From assembly GCF_006345805.1 (NCBI RefSeq), contig NC_043000.1:130758001-130822000 (forward strand): a DNA stretch of 64,000 nt. Direction: 5' to 3'. Positions 1 to 13,100 of the stretch are shown in pieces (position 1 is the first letter of the stretch; each line of letters opens with the position of its first letter). The notes under the pieces were generated by a model. It did no database searches, was not told where the DNA came from, and was given only the letters and a program-made list of their open reading frames with translations. Source of the stretch: Octopus sinensis. Lineage: Eukaryota. The translations under genes were made by a program, and so were the position numbers.

Positions 1-1032
1 AGCCTTGAGGCACATTCCCCATACACCTCTCACAGGATTTAGTTTTCTATATTGAATATTAACCAATAAGGCAACCTCGACGTTGTCGTTCGGTTTGTTA
101 GAAATAGTAGCCAATTATGCATCATATCAGAACCCGATGGAGAAACGAAACGCTCACAACTGGAACAATTTTATCCTGCTTGCTTAAGAGTGACATGGTT
201 CTCAGAAACTGCAGGTTTAACATCATCACATCAATTAATTCTAAAGTTCTTCAAAATCCTCTATGGTATTAACAAAATTCAAAAACTTAATTCTAAGAAT
301 TATATGAGGTCTTTCCAAAACACGATCTGCATGTATTGCATATGACCAAAAAAAAAGAAAAAAGAAGAAACACTGAAGGGGAATGATATTTAAGACTATA
401 ATTAGTGAGCATATTCACAGGCAGAAGGTAGAATATTTGCAATACCTGTATGTATGTGTGCGCGTATGTGTGTCTGTGTATTCATGCAAGTATATATGTG
501 GGTATATATTGCTTCGATTGATTGCATTATTCGGGGATGTCATTCGCCTGTATGATTCGCAAATTTCAAATTCAGCCTCACCATCTCCTTCGCTGCTAAT
601 TCCGATCTCAATTTATTGACTAGAATCAAGATAAAATCTGATATTAAGCCGAGTGACTGGGTAGGCAAGTATTTTACCAACATACCAAATTCCTTCACTA
701 TAAGTTCTTTTCTTAAGGCATGATTAACTATTCATTGATTGGGATAGGCCATCCACCAGCAAAAAGGAAAAGAAAAATACGAAATTGAATATGATATGAG
801 ACTCGAAAGCGAACCATCATCATCACATTTTAATATGAATTCTATTCATGCTGCTGAAATCATCTCGAACGAAATATTATCGATTTTTTTTGCAATAAAG
901 ACCGATCGTATGAAGAAGAACAAAAAAATTAATGTTAATTATGAATATTAAGAATTCCCTCCAATCTTTGTATATCTTCTCAACTCCCTCGTTATCTTCA
1001 TCCCACAATCATTATTATTATTATTATTATTA

Positions 1033-1051
1033 ATAGTAGTAGTAGTAGTAA

Positions 1052-1120
<69 letters not shown>

Positions 1121-1151
1121 ACGCGGCCGCAACAGCAGCAGCAGTAGCAGC

Positions 1152-1191
<40 letters not shown>

Positions 1192-1269
1192 ACGGCAGCA
1201 ACAGCAGCAGTAGGAGTAGCAGCAGCAGAGGCGGTGGTTGTGGTGGTGGTGGTGGTGGTGGTGGTGGTA
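1033..1269. repeat. Compound trinucleotide microsatellite (TAG)n/(CAG)n/(TGG)n
   Basis: Direct reading; explains the poly-L/Y/W ORFs at 998-1606. Confidence 0.97.
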
Positions 1270-1794
1270 TGTCATTGTTACGTTTGTTGCTGTTCTTGAT
1301 CTTGATTCAGTAATCCTCTCTAACATGTTGACATGTTTCCAACGTAAAATCATTCTGCCAGATAATAAAAATAACAAGAGAGCAAAAATAACAATAAAAA
1401 AAAGCAACTGCAGGAAATCAACAAGGCTCGATGCCAAATATCGAACAGCTTTTATGAAATGCTTGTTTGCCACGGAACCATTGAAATCCAACAGAATCCA
1501 GAGACAAAAGTTATCGCTCGCTCATTGTTTATGCATCGTCTATTCCCTGGCTGTAGACTTCGTCAATGATGGAAGCAATTTAGAATTATCTCAGCCCTTG
1601 TCATGATCCATATTCAATTTTGTCAGCTACATCGTGAGTTCAAGCCCCGTTGAGATTCACTTTTCCTCTCGTCGTTACCGGGGCTATGTAACAGAGTATG
1701 AAGCAAGTACTAGAGTTGGTTTTAACTTCAAAACTATCCCAAAGTGATTGGAGTGTTGTGACTAAATTGGAAATCAATTTTACAAATTACAAAT

Positions 1795-2010
1795 GGCGTA
1801 GCGCATGCACGACTGTGAGGGTAGCAAACTCGCTTTGCAGCCGCTTGGTTTCAGGTTCAGTCCCTCTGCGCAACATCTTGGGCAAGTGTCTTCTACTATA
1901 ACTCCGGATCGACCATGCCGTGTGTGTGCTGGGGGTGGTGTGTCTTTGTGCTTGTATTTGTCGCCAAGGTGGAAGGGAAATGTAACGATTGGGTTTAAAA
2001 GACACTTAAA
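1795..2010 (+). mobile_element. Diverged tRNA-derived SINE, family-A related
   Basis: ggttcagtccc B-box-like motif and cttgggcaagtgtcttctactata block shared with family A copies. Confidence 0.6.
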
Positions 2011-2979
2011 AGAATAGAAACCACCGTTGTAATAGTCGAATTGTTAGAGAAAATTTATGTATAAATTATAGTAATGGTTGATGGGCATCTATTCTTTCAC
2101 AAGACAAAGATGCTCGAATGTATTTTGAAGAAATCATAGAGGGTGTTTGCGTTTATACATGTGGACTAGGTTTATATGTACGAGTAATTTTGTAAGGAAG
2201 AATATATTTGTGACATGTATAGAATTGTCATTTACAAAGTAATCCATGATTTTGAAACATGAGGATTGTTAGTTGCATTGAAAGATTATTGACGCTCTTA
2301 AAGTTTAACCTTTGTAAGGTATCTAACAGATTTCAATTCGTTTTGTCATTAATACTAAGAAGTGGATTTCCTGAGATGTGTATACTCTACTTTTGTCATA
2401 GTAGCGAGATCAATTTGATGGAATACCAAATAGTGACATAATGTAGAGCTTTGTCTTAATGGAGATCATGTCGGTATCTCAGCAAGTTCTGTGCTAAATA
2501 ATCATTATATATTTATCTCCTTTATAAACGAACAAGCTTTTAGAAAATACCATGATGTATAATTGTATTTAATGCTCGGAACATTAAAATTTGGAAAACG
2601 AAATATGAAGTGAAATATAGTAAGTGAAACATAGTCTAAAGCATTTCTTAGAACCTGATATCGAATTTAAAACTGGGGACATCAGTGAGAAAGAGGTGAT
2701 TGATTTCGTAGAAAAGCTAGGGCAAAGAGTGACCCAGGAGGTGATGGCGTCTCGTATAAAGTATACAGTATTTCAATTGTCTGCTAAAGCTTTTTATCCT
2801 ACCCCGACAGCTGTGGCGCGAAGGGACTCTATATATATATTGATTTATAAAACTATATATACATAAATATATACAAATATATCCATATATACACACACAC
2901 GCACACACACACATATATATATATATATATACTCTTTTACTCTTTTACTATTTTACTTGTTTCAGCCATATATATATAT

Positions 2980-3250
2980 CAGGGCGCATGGCCTAGTGGT
3001 TAAGGTATTGCACTGACGATTGCGAGATCGTGTTTTCAATTCCTAGATTGGGTGGTGTTTTGTGTTCTTGAGTAAGACACTTCATATCACGTTGCTGTGC
3101 GATAGCTTCGACACCTGACGCGTGGTACACCGTGCACCGGTTCAAACAACGTCGATTTGATGGAGGGAGGGAGCTAATGTACAACACATACATCTGATCA
3201 CTATAAACAAATCGTTTCTGCAAGTCGTTCGGCAATAGCTGAACACTCAC
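2980..3250 (+). mobile_element. tRNA-derived SINE (family-C-like head)
   Basis: A-box-like tggcctagtgg, decayed B box, then ttcttgagtaagacactt central block. Confidence 0.65.
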
Positions 3251-3500
3251 ACGTGGGCTTCGACGAGAGAGACTATCATGTAGTGCCCAGCTAACCCATC
3301 GTCGGACAATCTGACTGAAACTTAGCTGAAACTTTCAAGTCACTGTGAAGAACATTCTTGTATGAGAATATTGAGTAACCCATCAGATTAATGTAAAAAT
3401 TGTCTTTATTAATAACTGGACATAAAACAACCATATATATACATATATACTTTCCTATTTATCTACATACATATGAATATATGCACATATATACATATAT

Positions 3501-3580
<80 letters not shown>

Positions 3581-3804
3581 GCATGTATATAAAAAAATCA
3601 GGGTGAATACTTGATAATTGTAAGCACTGTATATGCCGTTTAGTGGTGTAGGTGATAGAGTATATTTATCAAAATAAAAACACGATGCAAAGGATTTAGC
3701 GGTACATATGTTTCTGGCTTTTATTAGATGGTTTATATCAATGCATAATAGATGTAATTTGTATGTCAGTAGCCTTCTTCAGCCGCATACATTTACTACT
3801 ATGC

Positions 3805-3880
<76 letters not shown>

Positions 3881-4480
3881 GTATGTAGTATGTATGTATG
3901 CATGTTTGTATGTATGTATGTAGGGCTATAATGTGTTATGTCATTCGTTGTGAAAAGCTGTCAAAAGAAGCTATTCTGTTGCTGTTACTTGTTGCGGTAT
4001 TTCTTCAATCATTTTTCTTTTTGGTGCCTTTTGTTTCTCATCCTTCTGATTGATATTCAGTTTAGCCACGAATGAATAACCTCGAAGGCAGCTACGTCAG
4101 CGAAATAACTAGAAGCGCCATTCTTGTGATCTTTGCAACTCTAAAGGGATCTATTCACAACGAATATCCTCCGCAAATTTCCTCACGTTCAAAGAATTCA
4201 TTGCATTTGAGAACACGCCTAAGATTTTAGTTCGCCTTTTTGTGACGTTTCTTTTCTTCTCCCGAGATGTGTTTTTGAAAGCTTCCCATTTTTAAAGCAG
4301 CTGAAATTCACACAAAAGTCATGACGCGTATAAATACAGATGCGCATGCGCACATATACACACATACGCACACCCATTTACAGTGCAGTGAGAAATATAT
4401 TTTATCGCTGTTCTGTCTAACTCTTAACTATACATACATACATGCATTCAGACATATAAATACATGTATATATTCATACA

Positions 4481-4538
<58 letters not shown>

Positions 4539-4837
4539 TATTCATACGTACATATACTCATATACACACATACATATGTGTGTGTGCGTGTGTATGTGTG
4601 TGAGCGTGTATATACGTTTATAAATACAAACTAAAACACACACATACGTGTATATACATACATAAATAATCTGAAATACATGGGTGCTAGTAAATAAAAC
4701 ATGTATAGGACTACATGAAGATATAAATATACATAGATGTGTTTATATTTGTACGTGTTCGTGTCTATGAGTATAAAGATATATATATCCGCATATCTAT
4801 CTATCTATCTATCAATCTATATATACACACACGCGTA

Positions 4838-4910
<73 letters not shown>

Positions 4911-6242
4911 TATGCATATACATGTACATATATATATACACATGTATACACAAACACACACACACATATATATATATATATAATACTATATATATGAATA
5001 TACATACATTTGTATATGTGTGTTTGTGTGTGTGAATATAATTATACCGATACATATATGTATTTATCTATGTATATGTTATAAGGGTTTATTTCGTTAT
5101 CAAAGCCATATGTGTCATCTGATAAATAGAAATTCGACATCATTTTTCACATCTGAATAGAATGATATTCTTTCAGAGAAATCTTTATACTTTCTTTCAT
5201 ATATTCCGTTTCTCCTCTGTCATTTTACTGTTTGCTATAAGGTTAGGCATTTGACCTCCAATACATGCCAGACACTGCTTTTTACCTCGCTCCCAAATGA
5301 TTGATCCTTCAGACTGATTCCATTTTCGTAAGACCAAAGAAATTCTATAACCTTTAGTGTTTCTTTTGACTGAATATATGTATAAGATTTCAGTATTTAA
5401 ATATATATGAGTGTGTGTGTGTGTGAAGTTAGTGTTTTTATTTATATACGCGTATGTTATGTATGTACATATATACAGGTTTGTGACAGAGAGAAAGAAA
5501 AACTGCGAATGATGTTCTTTTTGTTTGGAGACATTTATGAATAATTCTTGTATGATACTTCACCAAAAACATGATCATAGAAGAATATAGATGTAACTGA
5601 AAGATATTCGAATTATATACCAACATAGTTTTATTCAGTATTAATCGAGAAATAGCTAAGTCAGTACTCTCCTTGATGAAATACGCTCTCTGTTTGTGCG
5701 AGACGAATGATCAACAAGGAAAAATGTATTGTTTACGATAAAGTGGATTCAATTTCGACATCAAGGGTATAAAGAAAACAGAAAACTGTTATTGATTATA
5801 GAAATTAGGAGAGCATTGTGGAAGAGATGACGGAGGTACGTGTGTGTATGTGTCTTTGTGTTACATAAAACATATGCACACATGTACTTGTATGTATATC
5901 TGTAGATATATTTATATATATATATACACATACGCTTATACTATGGATGGATATATAAGCACAAACGTATACATACGCACACACATGCACATACACACAA
6001 TACATATATATATATATACAGATTTGAATTATAAACGACAAAATAACAAGGCTAAATATACTAATGAAAGTGGTTATGAAGCCGCATATTACGCTCAGTA
6101 CTCACCTGAATGAAGCTTTTCTCCAAAGCATAAAATATCTTGAGCTCTTCTAACAACTGGTTATTAATATCGCTATGCCTAAGCGAAATCATAAAATATA
6201 TATAACTTTGCATATATATAAATGTATGTAAATGCACATATA

Positions 6243-6244
<2 letters not shown>

Positions 6245-6312
<68 letters not shown>
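6245..6312. repeat. (TG)n microsatellite
   Basis: Direct reading. Confidence 0.98.
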
Positions 6313-6315
<3 letters not shown>

Positions 6316-6339
6316 GTATAGTCTGCTTTCGTTTTCAGT

Positions 6340-6780
6340 AGGTTCAATGAGCTGGATCGCCATCTCCATATTTCTTGATTTCTTGTGCTGTCCTTTTAAA
6401 TTCACTGTCCTTTACATATGCCAACTTTATTATCTACCATTAAATTCTTTAGTTTTCGCTACAACATTTCTCATCCAGTTTCTTCTCTATAAATGGTCGA
6501 CATAATATATTTTTTTTCTAATTGCGTGTCCAAAATACTTTGACTTCTCTCTTTGACACTGCCTAATAAAATGTTCTCCGTTTTTGCTATTTTAATACTT
6601 TATCATTGGTTTTGTATTCTGATCATGATATTCTCAAACGTCATTTGTATGCCCACATCATAGACGCTTCTTATATATTTCATAATATTTTTGTTAATAT
6701 CTATGTATCAGCTTTATAGACTAGAGCGTAGCATACATAACACTTTAATCACCTTTTTCTGGTCTTGATATTATTTGTGT
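6340..6780 (-). mobile_element. Decayed RTE-clade LINE 3' fragment
   Basis: Minus strand, with frameshifts, reads NDKVLK.AKTENILLGSVKER.SKYFGHAIR, resembling the RTE ORF C-terminus (TNEEVL...RKLKYFGHI.R). Confidence 0.6.
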
Positions 6781-7365
6781 TAGACTTTTATTTTTTGTTT
6801 TTACTTCAAAATTGTTGCTGGCTATGCGAAACTACTTTTACGTCTTGTGTTTTCTGATTGCATATATCCCAAAAATATTATCTTTGATGTCTCCTCAGTC
6901 GATATATCTCAGTTTCCATATTTATTTTAATAATTTCAGGATATATGTATATGTATATGTTCAGAAGAATTAACTGAGAAAGATTTTGCGTAGGACCTGA
7001 AAATTCCATTTTATTTATTAAGCAATTACCTGAAACGTACGTATTAAAAGCATTCAACATATTGTAGCTTGGTTTGATGTCATCTTATACATACATACAT
7101 GCGTGTGCATGTGTTTGTGTGTGTGTGTATGTGTGTGTGTGTGTGTGCGTGTACATGTGTGTGCATGTGTATTTATATATTGGTAGCTAGGAAGATATAT
7201 ATAAGAAAATATGGCAAACAGGACGAAAATCAAATATAACTGAAAACCCGTAAACCACACAAGCAACGAATGCAGGCAAAATTAACCCCTCATCAGTTGT
7301 CGACTAAATAAGAGTTTCGGTATGATTATACAGGTATGGTATGTATATATGCATATGAGTATGTT

Positions 7366-8022
<657 letters not shown>

Positions 8023-8559
8023 TTGTTTCAAACATAGCGATCTGCATACATACTTAAAGTGAGTATATGTCGGAAGCCTTCTAAACTGTTCGTCTTGTGA
8101 ATGTATTTGTTATAGACATAATAGTTTTAAGACACAAAAAAATATCAGAAGCAGATCCATTCATTATTGGTGGTGAACTTGCAGAAGTTAGATTATTGCT
8201 TGGTATGTTCATCAGCAGGAAATTTCAACACCACGTTATGTCAAACAAACCTCGGCTGCTAACTGATATAGATAAACAATGATTGAAAGGTCACTAGTGT
8301 CGCATTTAAACGGCAGACATAACAGAAATTAAATACTTGTGGTGACGGAAGCAACATCATTTCAAAATTAGTGGACTCTATACATACTTGAAGTACTGAT
8401 ATTTTTCTGTGTTTTTAACACTGTCTATACCGCAGATTAGAAAGCTTTCAAAATATACACACTTTAAGTATATATACAGATTGCTAATTTTAAACTAATA
8501 GTGCTTCCGTCGCTAGCATTCCTGCTATCGTTAAAACTGCTTCCGTGAGAAAGAGGGGG

Positions 8560-9240
8560 GTGCTGATTTTCTGTTTCATACAGGCGAATGGAGCGACAAA
8601 TAGTGTATTCTGATGGCAAGATTAAAAGCAAAGTTAAATTTCCGTTTATTATCGTAGTTGTATCGAATGAAAATATGATTATATTGCCGGACTATTGCAT
8701 CCGTCAGATGTTACTAACCCGATATATTAATGATATTGTTGGTTCTCTGAGTGAGGCAATTATTGACGTGCTTGATCGAAAAACAGTCAAAAAAGTATTG
8801 ATTCTTTCTACGAGAAATACAATCTGTAAAACTAAAAAAAATTGTGTTTCTATACAGCTATAACTTTGATGGAGTACCTCACATACTTTAACGTTAAAAG
8901 CAAGACGTTCTACAACAAAGTATGAATTTGAATAACGCATTGATATGAATGCATGCTTGAAGGACTCGTTTTTGCGTAAAGTTAATAGTATTGAGACAAT
9001 CTCAATTTGCTAAGAATTGAACTGAGACCTTCTGACACCACTCAACTGTCAATACTTTCGTGGTAACAATTATCATTTCAAGTGGCTTTCTGGCTTTCGT
9101 AATGATAATCAATAAATCTTGATGTCAAATATTGAATAAAATAGGTCTGCTCACGCGCTTTGTCAATTATATATTGTTCTGTAACGAACTGCTCAAAGAG
9201 TTGCAGATAAAATTATAATGTATAAAATTTCCAGTAACAT
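8560..9240 (+). pseudogene. Helitron Rep/Hel PIF1-like helicase C-terminal relic
   Basis: Reads ILSTRNTIC (cf. ILAP.N), FVMIINKS*CQILNKIGL at ~9095-9150 (cf. FAMTINKSQGQTL..VG) and QLYIVL*R (cf. QLYVA.SR); stops and frameshifts present. Confidence 0.7.
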
Positions 9241-9382
9241 TAAAATTCTTAATCCACACAACCATAATTCTAAGCACAACCAGCACATCTTGTCCACAGT
9301 CACCAATAAAAAATCACAATATATATAACACGATCGCCCAATAACAGAAACCACACAACACATTAACTAAGCAAGAAACACC

Positions 9383-9622
9383 TAATACCTATTTCTTTAC
9401 TATCCACAAGGGGCTAAACACAGAGAGGGCAAACAAGGACAGACAAATGGATTAAGTCGATAATATCGACCCCACTGCGTAACTGGTACTTATTTAATCG
9501 ACCCCGAAAGGATGAAAGGCAAAGTCGACCTCGGCGGAAATTGAACTCAGAACGTAACGGTAGACGAAATACCGTAAAGCATTTCGCCCAACGTGCTAAC
9601 GTTTCTGCCAGATCGCCGACTT
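9383..9622 (-). mobile_element. SINE family B with 16 bp TSD
   Basis: Matches other B copies; TSD ctaagcaagaaacacc at 9367-9382 and 9623-9638. Confidence 0.92.
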
Positions 9623-9849
9623 CTAAGCAAGAAACACCCAAAACCTTGACACAACCCATACAACAGATACTCTTTACAATTATCACACACTAATATAACC
9701 CATACAACACATACTTTCTTCATGATTACTCAATGCATAATCGAGAGGTATTTGCGCCTAAAAAAGTTCATTTTGATTAGGTTCTCTAATATAAAAGTGC
9801 AGTTAAAATTATCAACTTAATTACAGACAAGCACTGAATAGCTAAGTAT

Positions 9850-10420
9850 TTATAAATCTTTACTGGGTTACGATATTTGAGTTCAGCAAATTCAGAAGTT
9901 TGAACGCTGATTAAAAGGATCAGCATTTAGACGACTAGAAAAATAAAATAATAGTAAAAAATGAATATAAAGAAGCAATGTTTTTTTTTTTATTAGGAAA
10001 AACTCTATTTTGCAGTAATCTTTCCTGATGAACATTGGTTTTGCAAATTATGTTATTTGCCAGACATATTTGAGACGCTTGATTAACTTTATAATGTCAC
10101 TGTGAGAAAAGAAAATAACCAATTCCACTTAGAAAGGTAAAACTAAAGAGTTCTTGAACAAGATAAACCAAGGAAAATGGGTCATACAAAATGATGAATT
10201 TGAAAAGTTTTATTGTAGTGAAGATTTTGTCAGCGAAAATAATTTGACATTTAATTCAATTAAGCAGATCTTAATCGAATATTTGGTGTATGTAGAAAAA
10301 CAGTTCCACAAATGTTTTCTTGCTGACACAGCTTCGTTCTGAATCTCATTCATTGTTGCATGTAGCAACGTAATAACAAAAGCTTCTCTTTTATTTTTTG
10401 AAGGCATGAAACGAATTTGC
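9850..10420 (+). pseudogene. hAT (Buster/ZBED5-like) transposase relic
   Basis: Decayed EVRWLSKG-like segment, FPDEHWFCKLCYLPDIFETL (cf. WL.KLAYLADIF..LN), and KEFLNKINQGKW...ILIEYLVYVEKQFHKCF. Confidence 0.75.
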
Positions 10421-10572
10421 AAAGCTGCTATGCGAAACTTGAGTGCTTATGTATATTGAATATGAACTCAGGAGTAACAATTCTATATTTCTACATATTT
10501 ATGTGAATTTATATTTCAATTTTAACGGCACCAAAGATCGCAAGCGATGTAGCATGATATTCATGTAATATA

Positions 10573-10966
10573 CTAGCAGTATCGCCCGGCGTTGCTCGGG
10601 TTTGTAAGGGAAATAACTATATAAGCATTTTTAGAGAGTTATTGCCAAAAAATAGCAAAAAATGCTTTAAAAATGGAAAAAAATTATGGTAATTTTTTTT
10701 TAAATCGTTGACTCATCGTAGACATTTTTAGAGAGTTACTTCCCTTATATAATAGCGAAAAAATGCATTAAAATGGAAAAAAATTATGGTAAATTTTTTT
10801 TAAATCGTAGACTCATCGTAGACGCGCGCTAATACCCAGAAGGGCTCGATATGAATCACGACTATAAGATACCCGGTTTTGGTTAAACTGCACCGCAAAA
10901 TGTGGGAGTAGTTAGGAATCTAAATCGTAGGAGACAGACACAAAACCTTACTTTTATATATAAAGA
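10573..10966 (-). mobile_element. Non-autonomous Helitron, ~394 bp
   Basis: Minus strand starts A|TC and ends CTAG|T, with GC hairpin cccgagcaacgccggg just upstream of CTAG; near-identical copy at 17149. Confidence 0.85.
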
Positions 10967-11076
10967 TATCTTGCTAATAGTAAAGTTTTTGTGTACCCTT
11001 GTATCTACATTGTTTTTTGCGTCTTTATGAGTATTAATTTGTTATAAATAATTGTGTTTTAATATAGTCACTTGCG

Positions 11077-11386
11077 AAGGCGGCGAGCTGGCAGAATCGT
11101 TAGCACGCCGAGCGAAATGCGTAGCCGTATTTCGTCTGCTGTCACGTTCTGGGTTCAAATTCCGCCGAGGTAGACTTTGCCTTTCATCCTTTCGGGGTCG
11201 ATAAATTAAGTACCAGTTACGCACTGGGGTCGATGTAATCGATTTAATGCCTTTGTCTGTCCTTGTTTGTCCCCTCTGTGTTTGGCCCCTTGTGGGTAGT
11301 AAAGAAATAGGTATTTTGTCTACCGTTACGTTCTGAGTTCAAATTCCGCCGAGCTCGACTTTGCCATTCATCCTTTCGGGGTCGAT
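11077..11386 (+). mobile_element. SINE family B, 1.5-mer
   Basis: ggcggcgagctggcagaatcg head; restarts at gtattttgtct after gaaatag (11310/11311). Confidence 0.92.
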
Positions 11387-11437
11387 CCTTCGACCGCGAG
11401 TTCACTGCCCTAACCACTGGGCCATTACACCTCCACA
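11387..11437 (-). mobile_element. SINE family C 5' head fragment
   Basis: Reverse complement similar to ggaggcgcaatggcccagtggttagggcagcggactcgcggtcg. Confidence 0.75.
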
Positions 11438-12009
11438 TAGCATAATGTGCGCGAAACCTAATCATCATCCAACAAAATAAGACAACACACTTAACACATT
11501 GGAGACAACCAGCAGAGAAAAGAAAAGAACGAATATACCATAGAACAGCAACAATAGTTGCAGTAGCCATAAAACATTTATCACAACTACCGATAGCGAT
11601 TTCTTACTTCATTGCAATTGTAGGGAAGCCTCTAGACTAGATACATTTTATCGACTCCGGGGGAAGATAAAATGAATCTAGTCTAGGAGATAAAACTACT
11701 CTTTTACCGGTAGAATTTTAACCCAGAATATAAAAGGAAAACTAAGTCTATTCATTCGTAAGTATATTTAGTCGACACTGGAGTTAAAAGACAAGGACAA
11801 AGTCAACAACACCACCGGTTTTTGTATTCAGGATATTGAGAGACAGGGTAAAATATTGAACAAAATATACTTAATATTTTTCTGGTGGTTTACCATTCTT
11901 GCTTCGCCACTTTGAAAGCAACATTATTATAGAATAACGAAAATACTAAACGCTGTACCATTTCTGCTATCAAGTGGTAAGAATATAAAATGATAGTATT
12001 ACCTTAAAT

Positions 12010-12420
12010 GCAAGACGGCGAGCTGATAGAAACATTAAGCACGCTGGGCGAAATGCTTAGCAGTATTTCGTCTGTCTTTACGTTCTGAGTTCAAATTCCG
12101 CCGAGGTCGACTTTGCCTTTCATCCTTTCGGGGTCGATTAAATAAGTACCAGTTACGCACTGTGGTCGATATAATCGACTTAATCCGTTTGTCTGTCCTT
12201 GTTCGTCCTCTCTGTGTTTAGCCCCTTGTGGGTAGTAAAGAAATAGGCATTTCGTCTGCCGTTACGTTCTGATTTCAAATTCCGCCGAGGTCGACTTTGC
12301 CTATCGTCCTTTAGGGGTCGATTAAATAAATACAAGTTATGTAGCGGGGGTGATGTAATCGTCTTCATCCCTTGTTTGTCCCCACTATGTTTAGCCCCCT
12401 GTGGGCAATAAAGAAATAAT
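12010..12420 (+). mobile_element. SINE family B, dimeric copy
   Basis: Head plus two ~185 bp units joined at gaaatag|gcatttcgtct. Confidence 0.92.
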
Positions 12421-12859
12421 TATTACCTAAATGTATTTGCTATTCCTTTATTATTTTGTCAACCGCAAATTTCAGAATTTATACTGCAACAAAACCATAG
12501 TCGTGCATTAATTTCAATCTCTTAAAAGGATTAAGAAGAAAATATATAATGACTGAGAGAGTTAATACACAAAATAATAGGAGATGAGCTCTTGCTAAAC
12601 TGAAACTGCACTTTGGTTTTGATTATTTTTACTTGTTGAAACTGTATAACTCGATCTACTAATGATTATAATTCGTTTGTTTGTGTTAATCATCTCCTAG
12701 TGTCATACCTAACTGAAGACAATAAGGCTAATACTTCAGTTCACCTAGGAGCAAATAAGTACCATAGAATGAGAGAGGTAAGCAGTATAAATAACGGAAG
12801 AAATATGTGAGGTGTCTGTCTTCTTCACACTTTTCTGCTATGGTTTAAACCATAAACGT

Positions 12860-13100
12860 CCTTATAACTGAATTCTATAACCACATTGTAATATCAGGAG
12901 AAAACAAACTTTCTTAAAAGTATATTAATAATCAATTGCAATTCCACTGTATTTTCAGTTATTGCTAAAATACTTCGTTCAATTTGTTGCTGAACAACTG
13001 ATAAATATTGCGACTCATCGTTCTTCATTAATGTATAAAGATGCCTGCAGGGGTTGGAATAATGACAACCATTTGAAAGAATCAATATTTTGTTATATAA
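12860..13100 (-). mobile_element. Decayed RTE-clade LINE fragment
   Basis: LSVVQQQIERSILAIT resembles RTE L.V.QR.MER.MLG.T. Confidence 0.4.

Noticed and set aside
2624-2866. 80-aa ORF (EPDIEFKTGDISEKEVIDFVEKL...)
   Set aside because: No recognisable family, no convincing splice pair, and it runs into a TA/CA tract; could be an unrecognised TE relic and needs BLASTX
4210-4300. Minus-strand acceptor-like tttcag followed by ATG GGA AGC...
   Set aside because: Stops after about 20 codons; no support for an exon
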